64,000 nucleotides of DNA, from positions 62,001 through 126,000 of the IMG/VR virus record IMGVR_UViG_3300031759_000004, one strand, 5' to 3'. This DNA is from an uncultured virus (IMG/VR IMGVR_UViG_3300031759_000004) (taxonomy: Duplodnaviria; Heunggongvirae; Uroviricota; Caudoviricetes). The translations under genes and the position numbers were made by a program. Each line of letters starts with the position of its first letter. The stretch's first letter is position 1. Shown here one piece after another: positions 55,211 to 63,500 of the stretch. Under the pieces are notes generated by a model. That model saw only the letters and a program-made list of their open reading frames with translations, was not told where the DNA came from and ran no database searches.

Positions 55211-56014
55211 ATGAAAAAGCTAACGGTGCTTAAAAATAAATTTCCACCAGGCACTAGAACAGGAAAGCTAGTCGTCAAAGGCTACGAAAAATACGGCAAA
55301 CCTCCGTATTTTTGGATGCTCGTTTGTCGCTGTGACTGCGGCAATATAATTAGGGAAAGGCCGCACAGACTCATGGCTCGAACAGTTAAAAGCTGCGGCT
55401 GTAGTTTTGCTGGGTGCGCAACTGACAGGTTCAAGTCTACGTATCCAACAGGCTTAAAGTTCGGACAGCTTACGGTGATTGGCTATGATATTAAACCTTT
55501 TGAAACTGCGCAGCGCAATGGAAGTACAGTTGAACGACGCGTCATCTGTGTCTGCGCGTGCGGCAAGAAAAAGTCAATAGCGGTAAAATCGTTAAAATGC
55601 GGAGGAACCATCAGCTGCGGCTGTGTGGGGATCAAGAACAGGGTAGCGGCGGCAAAACGAGCATGGTCGTTACCTCCTGGTACCGCCTCGTTTAACGCAG
55701 TCTACGGTCAAGTCAAAAGACAGGCGGTGAACCGGGGTATAGCGTGGGTTTTGACCCCGGATGAATTTAAGCGCGTCGTAGCTGAAAAATGTTTTTACTG
55801 CGGAGCGCCGCCGTCAAAGTCGTACCGTACTCGTACATCAATCGTAGATTTTGTATACAACGGTATTGATCGTCTGGATTCTGGCTCTGGCTACACTGTC
55901 AGCAACTGCGTGCCCGCGTGCAAAGTGTGCAATTATGCCAAAAACACAATGAGTGTAGACGAATTCAAAACATGGATTCGCAACATATCAGCTCATTTTC
56001 TCGGGCTGCGCTGA
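55211..56014 (+). CDS. Free-standing HNH homing endonuclease
   Basis: Two 'G.L.V...C.C.CG...SCGC' units; 'CFYCG...GIDRLDS..GY...NCVPACKVCNYAK'; lower GC. Confidence 0.85.
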   Translation: MKKLTVLKNKFPPGTRTGKLVVKGYEKYGKPPYFWMLVCRCDCGNIIRERPHRLMARTVKSCGCSFAGCATDRFKSTYPTGLKFGQLTVIGYDIKPFETAQRNGSTVERRVICVCACGKKKSIAVKSLKCGGTISCGCVGIKNRVAAAKRAWSLPPGTASFNAVYGQVKRQAVNRGIAWVLTPDEFKRVVAEKCFYCGAPPSKSYRTRTSIVDFVYNGIDRLDSGSGYTVSNCVPACKVCNYAKNTMSVDEFKTWIRNISAHFLGLR

Positions 56015-56200
56015 TCATCGCAATTTCGAGTTTCTCTCGTTTTCCTGCTCTACTTTTTCGTTGCGCCAGTGGACCATCTGGCGCAGGATGTCGTCGGGCA
56101 CGCGGCTTAGCTCCAGCGTCAGGCCCTTGCCATCCCAGGCCAGTTCAAACAGGGTTCTCCAGCGGTCTTGGCGGCTAATATAAGCCGCCTCAACGAAAAA
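56015..56200 (-). CDS. Start-less gp51-like frame, probably reached by ribosomal frameshift from gp26-like gene
   Basis: Frame FFVEAAYISRQDRWRTLFELAWDGKGLTLELSRVPDDILRQMVHWRNEKVEQENERNSKLR*; not in ORF track. Confidence 0.6.
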   Translation of the reverse strand, partial: FFVEAAYISRQDRWRTLFELAWDGKGLTLELSRVPDDILRQMVHWRNEKVEQENERNSKLR

Positions 56201-56954
56201 ACTCCTGACCCAGGTCCAGCACGTGGTCGAAGGTCTTCAGGCACTCGTCGCACTTGTGTGGCACGGCGGTGTTCAGATGCGGCGTGATGCGGCGGCCCTC
56301 CTTTTCGAGAAATTTGGAATCCGCTGGCGACAGCGCCCGAAACCATTGGATCAGCTCTTCCAGCGCGTCGGGTCGGGTGTCGTTGATGGTGACGACCCGC
56401 ATCAGGGTGCGCAGCAGTGTGTCAGGCACCCGGGCGCGCTCCACGGTGGGTCGGCCCACGATGGCGCGCTCGTCCTTGACCAACAGCGGGCGCACCTTGA
56501 CGACGTCCTGGACGTCCGGCAGGGTGATGACATCGAAACCGGGATAATCCGGCTCCTTGACCCCCACCGGCTCCAGCTCGTCAGGAATGGCGATGGTTTC
56601 GTCCTTCTTGGCCCCGCAGTGCGGACACACGGAGGTGTAGCGAATATGGTCGTTGGCCAGGCGCGCCCGGGACACCAGCAGGATCAGGTTGATCTCGTCG
56701 GCGACAAAATCGTCCAGCCTGCCGCCGTTGAGGTTGCAGCAGCGCTCGAACAGGCTAAAGATCAGCTCCTCCTTGGTCAGCTTGCGGGCGTTCTCCACGA
56801 ACCAGTCGTCAACTTCATTGTCCCAGGGGTAGACGGTCAATTTGCCGCCGGGCCAGGCCGTGGGGCTGGTGTAGCCGCGCGAGAGCAGGGTGATTTCCCG
56901 CTTGTACGCGTCTCGGCGCGGGACCAGTGATTTCAGGTTGGTGCGAATAGCCAT
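56190..56954 (-). CDS. gp26: Baseplate hub assembly protein, gp26-like
   Basis: 'LLVSR', 'CPHCG', 'VKVRPLLVKDE', 'CDEC', terminal 'FFR'. Confidence 0.75.
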   Translation of the reverse strand: MAIRTNLKSLVPRRDAYKREITLLSRGYTSPTAWPGGKLTVYPWDNEVDDWFVENARKLTKEELIFSLFERCCNLNGGRLDDFVADEINLILLVSRARLANDHIRYTSVCPHCGAKKDETIAIPDELEPVGVKEPDYPGFDVITLPDVQDVVKVRPLLVKDERAIVGRPTVERARVPDTLLRTLMRVVTINDTRPDALEELIQWFRALSPADSKFLEKEGRRITPHLNTAVPHKCDECLKTFDHVLDLGQEFFR

Positions 56955-56975
56955 AGGCCACTAAGAACGCAAAAC

Positions 56976-57953
56976 TCAGTCTGCCACGGTGACGGTCTGC
57001 GAAAGCAGCTGCGTGGCCTCCGGGGTGATCGAGGACGTGGGCTGCGTGGGCGGCGACGTCGGGTTCCCTGGATTGCTGCTGGTGTGCGTGTGAACGGCCA
57101 GCCAGACGAACAGGGAATTGATCCATTCCACCAGGTAATTGCCCAAAACGGCCTGCTGGGTAGCCCCAATGCCCAGCGTCAGGTTGGTGAAGCCCAGCAC
57201 CATTTCCCCGACGGTGGTCAGGTTCAGGTCGCTCAGGCTGTCGATGGTGATGTCGCCGACGGTGGAAATGTCAATGTTGTCGAAAGCGGTCAGGGCGATG
57301 CCGCCGCCGCTGTCTACACTGAAGTCATCGGCCAGGGTCTGCCAGGAAAAGCTGTTGGAGATGCCGGTCACGCCTTCGTAGACATTGAAGTACAGGTCCT
57401 GGAGCACGTTGAACTTGACCGTGTCGTCCAGATCGTCGAACTGGCAGTAGTTGCCGTTGGGCGTCGTGACCATGATGTTGCCGTCCGAAGAGCCGACCTC
57501 GGTGTCGTCGGTCAGAACAATGCGGTACCCGGCGCTGGTGGTGGCGATCAGCGAACCCTCGTTCATCTCGATGGCGTGGCTGTAGCGGGTCCAGACGGTG
57601 CGGTTGGGCTTGCCCACGGGCGTGCCGATGTCATAGGTGTGCAGCTTCAGTTTCTGCGCCCCGTTCATGGTTTGCATGCCCCACTCCCAGATGGGCTTTT
57701 CCGGCTCCCCATCCAGGAAGCGAACCCAGACGGGATCGCCCGGCTCCGGTATCTGGGAGAAGCCCCCGCTCAGGGCACTGCCACCGGCAGGCATGCCTGC
57801 TGGCATGGCCCATGGCAGGTCGCCGGTGCCGATGTAGCCCGAGCCGGTGGCGCTGGTGCCATAGACGTGCGGGACGCGAACCTTCAACCGGCCAAGTTTC
57901 AGCGGGTCCTGGTTTAGCTCCACCGTTCCGGCATACGTAAAGTTAAGGTTCAT
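56976..57953 (-). CDS. gp5: Baseplate central spike (gp5/GpV/VgrG-like OB-fold plus beta-helix)
   Basis: 'DPLKLGRLKVRVP', 'LPWAMP', 'PEPGDPVWVRFLDG....PIW', tip 'HTH'; no lysozyme domain. Confidence 0.85.
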   Translation of the reverse strand: MNLNFTYAGTVELNQDPLKLGRLKVRVPHVYGTSATGSGYIGTGDLPWAMPAGMPAGGSALSGGFSQIPEPGDPVWVRFLDGEPEKPIWEWGMQTMNGAQKLKLHTYDIGTPVGKPNRTVWTRYSHAIEMNEGSLIATTSAGYRIVLTDDTEVGSSDGNIMVTTPNGNYCQFDDLDDTVKFNVLQDLYFNVYEGVTGISNSFSWQTLADDFSVDSGGGIALTAFDNIDISTVGDITIDSLSDLNLTTVGEMVLGFTNLTLGIGATQQAVLGNYLVEWINSLFVWLAVHTHTSSNPGNPTSPPTQPTSSITPEATQLLSQTVTVAD

Positions 57954-57972
57954 GCTCAAGGTAGTTACTCAA

Positions 57973-58842
57973 ATGTCGCGTGACGCTGATAATAAGAACC
58001 TGGTTAACCTTTGGGGACGGCAGACGGACGCCAACACGTCCAGCGTGCTGGAACCGCAGCGCTCGGACTTGTTCCTGGTGGACCTGACCCTGGCGGCGGG
58101 CGGCATCCAGAGCGCCGCCAACGTCAAGCTCAACGCGCAGCTGCGCCAGTTTGTGCGCAGCGTCAGCCTGCCTGAAGTCAGGCTCAAGGCGGAAGTGTTC
58201 CGCCGGGACTCGGTGCCGTACAACATGCCCAACTGGGACGACCCGGTGGAAGCCGCTAAAATCACCTTTGTGGTGGACACCTGGGAGGGCACCGACCGCA
58301 GTGACACGGCGGACCTGCTGGACGCCTGGGTGGCGCTGACGCGGGCGGGGCGCGGGGCACGCTACGGCGGGTTTGCGGGCCTCAGTCCCCAGGGATATTT
58401 CACCCTGGACAGCAATTTTAGCACGACTTGCCGGTTCGACATCAACGTCAGCTTGCTGCGCGGCAACATGCAGAATATCGTCCAGGGGCTGAGCGGCACG
58501 ACGACCACCGGCCAGGTAAACGGTGCCCAGCTCGCTGCGGTGGCCAAGTACAACAGCCTGCTGAAGCAGCAGGCGGCCAGGCAGTCGAACCAGGGCGCGG
58601 CCACCAGCACGCCCGCTGGTCCGCAGGGCGCACCGTCCGCCACGGCGGCAGCCACCCTGCCTCAGATGGAGGAACACACCAAGTGGGTGCTGCGGCAGTG
58701 CTGGTGCGCCGGGTACAAGCTGTCGGACCTGAATTACACCGAATCCCAGCTGCTGACCCTGGAAGCCACGTTTTACCCGGAAGCGGTGGAACGGTACACG
58801 TCCACCCTCAACTTTAACGGCGCACCGACGATACCCTCATGA
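57973..58842 (+). CDS. Second tail-tube-like protein (gp48/gp54-like)
   Basis: 'LEPQRSDLF' parallels 'LDLQRSDLW' of 52129; 'VRSVSLPE', 'KWVLRQCW'. Confidence 0.65.
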   Translation: MSRDADNKNLVNLWGRQTDANTSSVLEPQRSDLFLVDLTLAAGGIQSAANVKLNAQLRQFVRSVSLPEVRLKAEVFRRDSVPYNMPNWDDPVEAAKITFVVDTWEGTDRSDTADLLDAWVALTRAGRGARYGGFAGLSPQGYFTLDSNFSTTCRFDINVSLLRGNMQNIVQGLSGTTTTGQVNGAQLAAVAKYNSLLKQQAARQSNQGAATSTPAGPQGAPSATAAATLPQMEEHTKWVLRQCWCAGYKLSDLNYTESQLLTLEATFYPEAVERYTSTLNFNGAPTIPS

Positions 58843-59978
58843 GCAACCTTTCGCAGTCGGTCATCAACCTGGTCACCCAGTTTCGACCGCCGTTTTCCCG
58901 GTCAGCCACCCTGCTGTACGCGTACACCGCCGAGGGCAGCGTCAACCTGGGCATCACCGTGCAGCTGGCGGCGGGAGAGAGCGCCATCGCTCCGGCCACG
59001 GGGACGGTCAGCCGGATATGGACGTCGCTCCCGGAGTTTTACACGGAAGACCCGGTGCTGCTGGCCACGTACGCCACCAACGTCACCATTGACTGCGGCC
59101 TGGGCGTGCTGGTGACGCTTAGTGGCCTGGCTTCCACCGGGCTGGTCACGGGGCAGCCCGTTACGCGCGGGGCGCTGGTTGGACCGCCGAAAACCAGCCA
59201 AATCTGGATGGGAGTGCTCGTCGGCACCGTCCCGTTGGACCCTCTGCGGCTAAATCCAACCTTTTTGGTGCAAGATGGGGCCGAGGTCCTGGGCCAGTAC
59301 GACATGATCCGGTTCGCTCCTGACGTCCTGCCGCGCGATCTGAGTGGTGGCACGGCAGCCACCCTGGTCGGCGGGAAGCGCTATTTTACGCCGGACGCGA
59401 CGCAGCTGCTGGTCAATGTCGATTTTAACGGCACGGGTCTCAAGCAGGGTCCGGCTCAGGTCGGCAAAACCGCCAGCGACTACTGGAATGTCTACACTCC
59501 CGCCAGTTATACGGCAACGGTGGACCATACCTGCGGCTACGGATACGGGTATGGTTGGGTGTTTTCCAGTGCTCCGCTGATTCCGCTGCTGAATTACGAC
59601 CGCAGCCTGAGCGTCGTTTATTTGGAACGGGTTGCGCCGCTGACATCGGCGGCAGGCACCCAGAGCACTTTTGATCCCATGTTGAACACGTACGCAGGCG
59701 GTCCGTCCGTGCCCAACACGTTCAACCTGCGCAACATCCCGCCCGGCAGCTACACCCTGTACGTCTATTCGGCAGCCGCCTCGGGCACCAGCAGCGTCTA
59801 CATTGGAGTTAATGGCGGTGCTCCTGTCTTGCACACGGTCAACAACACGGCAGCTACGTCTTTTGTAGCCGGTCAGAACTACGTGGCCGTTTCGGCGGCG
59901 GTCAACAGCACGGGAAAAATGAGCTTTGCGGTCTATGGGTACCTGTCGGGACTGCAACTACTCCGAACCGGCAGCTGA
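58839..59978 (+). CDS. Virion-associated protein: degenerate M23-like N-domain plus beta-sandwich C-domain
   Basis: 'APATGTVSRI...VTID.G...GQPVTRG.LVG...DPL' without Zn ligands; C-part 'VNVDFNG...DYWNVY...GSYTLYVY'. Confidence 0.55.
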   Translation: MSNLSQSVINLVTQFRPPFSRSATLLYAYTAEGSVNLGITVQLAAGESAIAPATGTVSRIWTSLPEFYTEDPVLLATYATNVTIDCGLGVLVTLSGLASTGLVTGQPVTRGALVGPPKTSQIWMGVLVGTVPLDPLRLNPTFLVQDGAEVLGQYDMIRFAPDVLPRDLSGGTAATLVGGKRYFTPDATQLLVNVDFNGTGLKQGPAQVGKTASDYWNVYTPASYTATVDHTCGYGYGYGWVFSSAPLIPLLNYDRSLSVVYLERVAPLTSAAGTQSTFDPMLNTYAGGPSVPNTFNLRNIPPGSYTLYVYSAAASGTSSVYIGVNGGAPVLHTVNNTAATSFVAGQNYVAVSAAVNSTGKMSFAVYGYLSGLQLLRTGS

Positions 59979-59995
59979 TTCAGTTCTAAAGCTGC

Positions 59996-62101
59996 ATGGC
60001 ATGGCCTGAACATCGTTTTGTCTCGGCGGTAATGGTGGTGCGCCCCTGTGATTTACGGGACGCGGCGCTAAACTCGATTTACTGCTTTATTCGCCAGACC
60101 TGGCCGGTAAAAGAGTTGATCGTGGTTAACAGCACCGGTGTCGCCCTGGCTCCGCCGAACGCCGATATTCAGGAAGTGGTCGGTCTCCCTCTGCCCTACG
60201 GCGAATTGCGCAACCAGGCGCTGGCGCTGGCCACTGGCGAGTGGATTTTTAACTGGCTGCCGGACGCCTGGTATGCGCCTGAATACCTCGACACCCTGCT
60301 GGGCAAAGCCAACGGCGCAAACGTGCTGCTGTATGGCCAGGACCGGCGCTTCTGCGGCTACGCCAAGGCAGCTCTGGGCAAGATTCGTTATGACGACCAC
60401 GGCTACGAGCACCTGTTTCTGGGTCAGTTGGGAACCCCGGTAGCGGTGCATTCCGACCGCGTCCTGGCCCACCACGTTAAGTCGGAGACCAAGGTCCGAG
60501 ACGCGGAAGCGCCCAAGCTGACGGTCGCGTCGCCCAAGCCGGACGGCTCAGTAATCGTAAATTTGGGGCGCATCGGTGACATCATTAACGTGCTGCCGGT
60601 TTGCCGGGCGCTCTTTCTGCGCAGCGGCATCGCGCCCAAAATGATGGTCTGCCCGGAGTTTGCCGCCATACTGGAACGGGTAAGCTACGTGGAGCCAGTG
60701 TTGTTTCAAGGCAGCCTTCACGACGCCGAATCGGCGGTAAAGGAAGTCGAGGGCACCGGGCTTAAGGCGACCAACTGCATGTTTTTTGGAACGTCTAAAA
60801 ATCGCAAGACCGGCGCTAACTTTCTGAAAGCCCAGTGGGAGAAGCTTGGCTACCTGGAGCAGTGGGGCAAGCTGCCGCTGGTGTTTGACCGTCGAAACGC
60901 GACCGCCGAGACGGCGGTGTTCGACCGGTTCAACCCCGACTCGCCGTACGTGGTCACCTGCTTAAAAAGCCATTCCTCGCCGCCGACCGATGCTGAGGCT
61001 GCCTGGGTGCAAAAGTTGCTGGCCGAACTCTGCCGGGAATGGGGCTGGTCGGTTGTAGACATTTCTGAGGTACGGTTGGACAACTTTGCGGATTTTCTGC
61101 TGCTGCTGGAAAATGCGAAACTGCTAGTCTGTGCCGACACGGCCATTTTGCACCTGAACCGGGCGACCAACACGCCGTCCATACACTTCGGAAGGCCCAA
61201 GTGGGAATGCTCGGGCCGGGTGGAGAACGTGGTCTTTCATTGTCCCTGGATCGAGCTTACGCTGTGGGAGAATAGCATCCGCGAAGCCTTCCTTTCCGTG
61301 GCCCGGCCCGATCTGCCCTCCGTTCCGCTCCTGATCCACGGTAAACCGCGCCTGGTCAGTATCTGCTATCTGCCGCCGCCGGAAGTCGGGCACAATGACG
61401 TGTTTTTCCGCAATTTAAGCGCCAATCCCCCGACGTTCCCGGTGCATTACGTCAGCGAGACCCCGGATTATCAGCCGCAGCACCTGCTGGCCGAGCCGAT
61501 CAGGTGCGGAGCCAACACCCACGTTACCGGCATTGGTATTTTCAACGAGGTGATCAAAGTGGCGGAACAGTTGGACGCCGAGTTTTTCATGCCCATTGAA
61601 CCCGACTGCCGGGTCAAAGGCGGGGCCTGGGACGAGCGCCTGCTGCGCGAGGCGCTGGCCCACAACCCGGACTTTTTGCTGGCAGGCACCCCGGTGCCCT
61701 TTCACACTCAATTTGCCGGTCCCGGGGTGCGCACGATATGCCGCTTGATTGTGCGCGAGTATAACCGGGTGACCGGTGCCCACATTTACTCCCTGCGCGA
61801 CGAGTGGCTGCCGCGCGAGCAGTGGACGCTGTTTCCCAACGGATGCTTCGCCATTTACCGGACCAAGGAAGTGGTTGCCGCCTGGAAAAGCGGAATCTAC
61901 ACCGACAAGCCCTGGGACATGCGCGTCGGCCTGGAGCTGGCGCGGACCTACGGCCTGGAGTACCTGGAGCGCTTCTCGCCCGTCACCCAGGCGCTGTCCT
62001 TTAACGGCGAGTGCTTTATCCAGCGCGACTACCAAAAGCGAAGGCTCGTAGCCGGAGCGGTCGCCGGAATACACAACATTAAAGACACATGGACACCCTA
62101 A
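59996..62101 (+). CDS. Multidomain glycosyltransferase (GT2-like + GT9-like + GT-A-like)
   Basis: 'FIRQTWP...GELRNQAL..ATGEW'; 'GRIGDIINVLP...LVCADTAILHL'; 'IEPDC...PWD'. Confidence 0.75.
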   Translation: MAWPEHRFVSAVMVVRPCDLRDAALNSIYCFIRQTWPVKELIVVNSTGVALAPPNADIQEVVGLPLPYGELRNQALALATGEWIFNWLPDAWYAPEYLDTLLGKANGANVLLYGQDRRFCGYAKAALGKIRYDDHGYEHLFLGQLGTPVAVHSDRVLAHHVKSETKVRDAEAPKLTVASPKPDGSVIVNLGRIGDIINVLPVCRALFLRSGIAPKMMVCPEFAAILERVSYVEPVLFQGSLHDAESAVKEVEGTGLKATNCMFFGTSKNRKTGANFLKAQWEKLGYLEQWGKLPLVFDRRNATAETAVFDRFNPDSPYVVTCLKSHSSPPTDAEAAWVQKLLAELCREWGWSVVDISEVRLDNFADFLLLLENAKLLVCADTAILHLNRATNTPSIHFGRPKWECSGRVENVVFHCPWIELTLWENSIREAFLSVARPDLPSVPLLIHGKPRLVSICYLPPPEVGHNDVFFRNLSANPPTFPVHYVSETPDYQPQHLLAEPIRCGANTHVTGIGIFNEVIKVAEQLDAEFFMPIEPDCRVKGGAWDERLLREALAHNPDFLLAGTPVPFHTQFAGPGVRTICRLIVREYNRVTGAHIYSLRDEWLPREQWTLFPNGCFAIYRTKEVVAAWKSGIYTDKPWDMRVGLELARTYGLEYLERFSPVTQALSFNGECFIQRDYQKRRLVAGAVAGIHNIKDTWTP

Positions 62102-62874
62102 ACGAAGAAGCCCTGCGGGTCAGAGTGAACAAGGTTAAGTGGTACCACACCATGGAAGTGCCGGGCACCAGCATCGTCACCCACGGCCACAGTCTCGGAC
62201 TGGAGAAATCCTGGAACTGGATCAAGGAGCAGCTGAACGATTTGCACGCGCGCAAGCTGCTTAAAGGTCCGGCCCTCGACATAGGCTGTCGCGACGGCAT
62301 GTTCAGTTTTTGGCTGGAGGACAACGGCATCGAGCCAGTCACCGGCATTGATAACAACATCAGCGAAGGCATTGGCCTGATGCGCGAACTACGCGGGTCC
62401 AAGCTGACGATCCGGGAAAAGTCCGTGTATAGCTTGGATCGGGACAACCAGTTCCGCACCGTGCTGTTCATGGGCGTCCTGTACCACCTGCGGTATCCAA
62501 TCAATGGCATATCTGCCGTCGTGGGCGCGACCCAGACCGGCGGCATCATTGTCGTGGAATCTGGATTCTACGGGCCAAATGACGAGCCGCTGATCCACTG
62601 CCCGGTCACGACGTCGCCGTGGGACGCGACCAGTTGCACTTTCTTTAATCTGAGGGGGCTGGACGAAACTTTCGCGTCCTTTGGCTGTAAACGGGTTGGT
62701 GAAGCTGTTTTCATGGACCACGGCAAGGATGACCATACCCTGCGCGGCATGGCGGTCTACACCAAGTGCCGGGAGATGCGCTTTGATTACTGGGAAGGCA
62801 TTCACCGCGACTACACCAACCTGGACGAAAGCGCCAGCAGCCGACTTATTCGGTCGGAAGTTGCCGAGCTATGA
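62089..62874 (+). CDS. Class I SAM methyltransferase (CmoB/DUF1698-like)
   Basis: 'WYHT', 'ALDIGCRDGMFSF', 'VLFMGVLYHLRYP'. Confidence 0.8.
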   Translation: MDTLNEEALRVRVNKVKWYHTMEVPGTSIVTHGHSLGLEKSWNWIKEQLNDLHARKLLKGPALDIGCRDGMFSFWLEDNGIEPVTGIDNNISEGIGLMRELRGSKLTIREKSVYSLDRDNQFRTVLFMGVLYHLRYPINGISAVVGATQTGGIIVVESGFYGPNDEPLIHCPVTTSPWDATSCTFFNLRGLDETFASFGCKRVGEAVFMDHGKDDHTLRGMAVYTKCREMRFDYWEGIHRDYTNLDESASSRLIRSEVAEL

Positions 62875-63500
62875 ACGTGAAGCTGCTTACGCTATACGAC
62901 GCGGGCTACGCTCAGGTGGGCGATCAGTGTGCCAAGTCGCTGCGGACGCACGCGGCGGCCATGGGTGTTGGCTTGGACGTATACACGGAGTTATTGGACC
63001 CAGGGGTGCATCCGTCCTGGAACAAAATAGCCGCCCTCCAAACGACGCTGTCGGATTTACAGGATGGGGACTGGGCGGTGTGGATTGACGCCGACTGCCT
63101 GCTGCTTCGTCCGTTTGCGCTGGTGGACGACTTGGGCGACAAACTTCAGTTTGACCTGCTGGGAGCCTCCGACTGGAACGGCCTGTGCGCCTGCGTGCTG
63201 GCGGTTAAGAAGTGTGCCTGGACCGACTGGTTTTTACCTACGCTTAGCCGGTGCGGAGACGTCAAGGACGACGACCGCTACGGGGCGGCTTTAGGGCCTA
63301 AGTGGGAGCAGAACACCATTAAGGGGCTGCTCAACGAGTTTCCTGCGGTGGCCCGCCGGATTTCCTTTTTGGACTCGAACTGGATAGCAGACATGCCGTG
63401 GTACGATCCAGAGCGGCTAAAGCCGCTGCACCACTTCGGAGCCTTAACCCAGAATCAGCGTTTAAGCATGATGCGAGAATACCCTTATGGCGTGGCCTGA
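62871..63500 (+). CDS. GT34 (galactosyl/mannosyl transferase-like) glycosyltransferase
   Basis: 'PSWNKI', 'WAVWIDADC', 'DWNGL', 'WEQ', 'HHFG'. Confidence 0.8.
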   Translation: MNVKLLTLYDAGYAQVGDQCAKSLRTHAAAMGVGLDVYTELLDPGVHPSWNKIAALQTTLSDLQDGDWAVWIDADCLLLRPFALVDDLGDKLQFDLLGASDWNGLCACVLAVKKCAWTDWFLPTLSRCGDVKDDDRYGAALGPKWEQNTIKGLLNEFPAVARRISFLDSNWIADMPWYDPERLKPLHHFGALTQNQRLSMMREYPYGVA

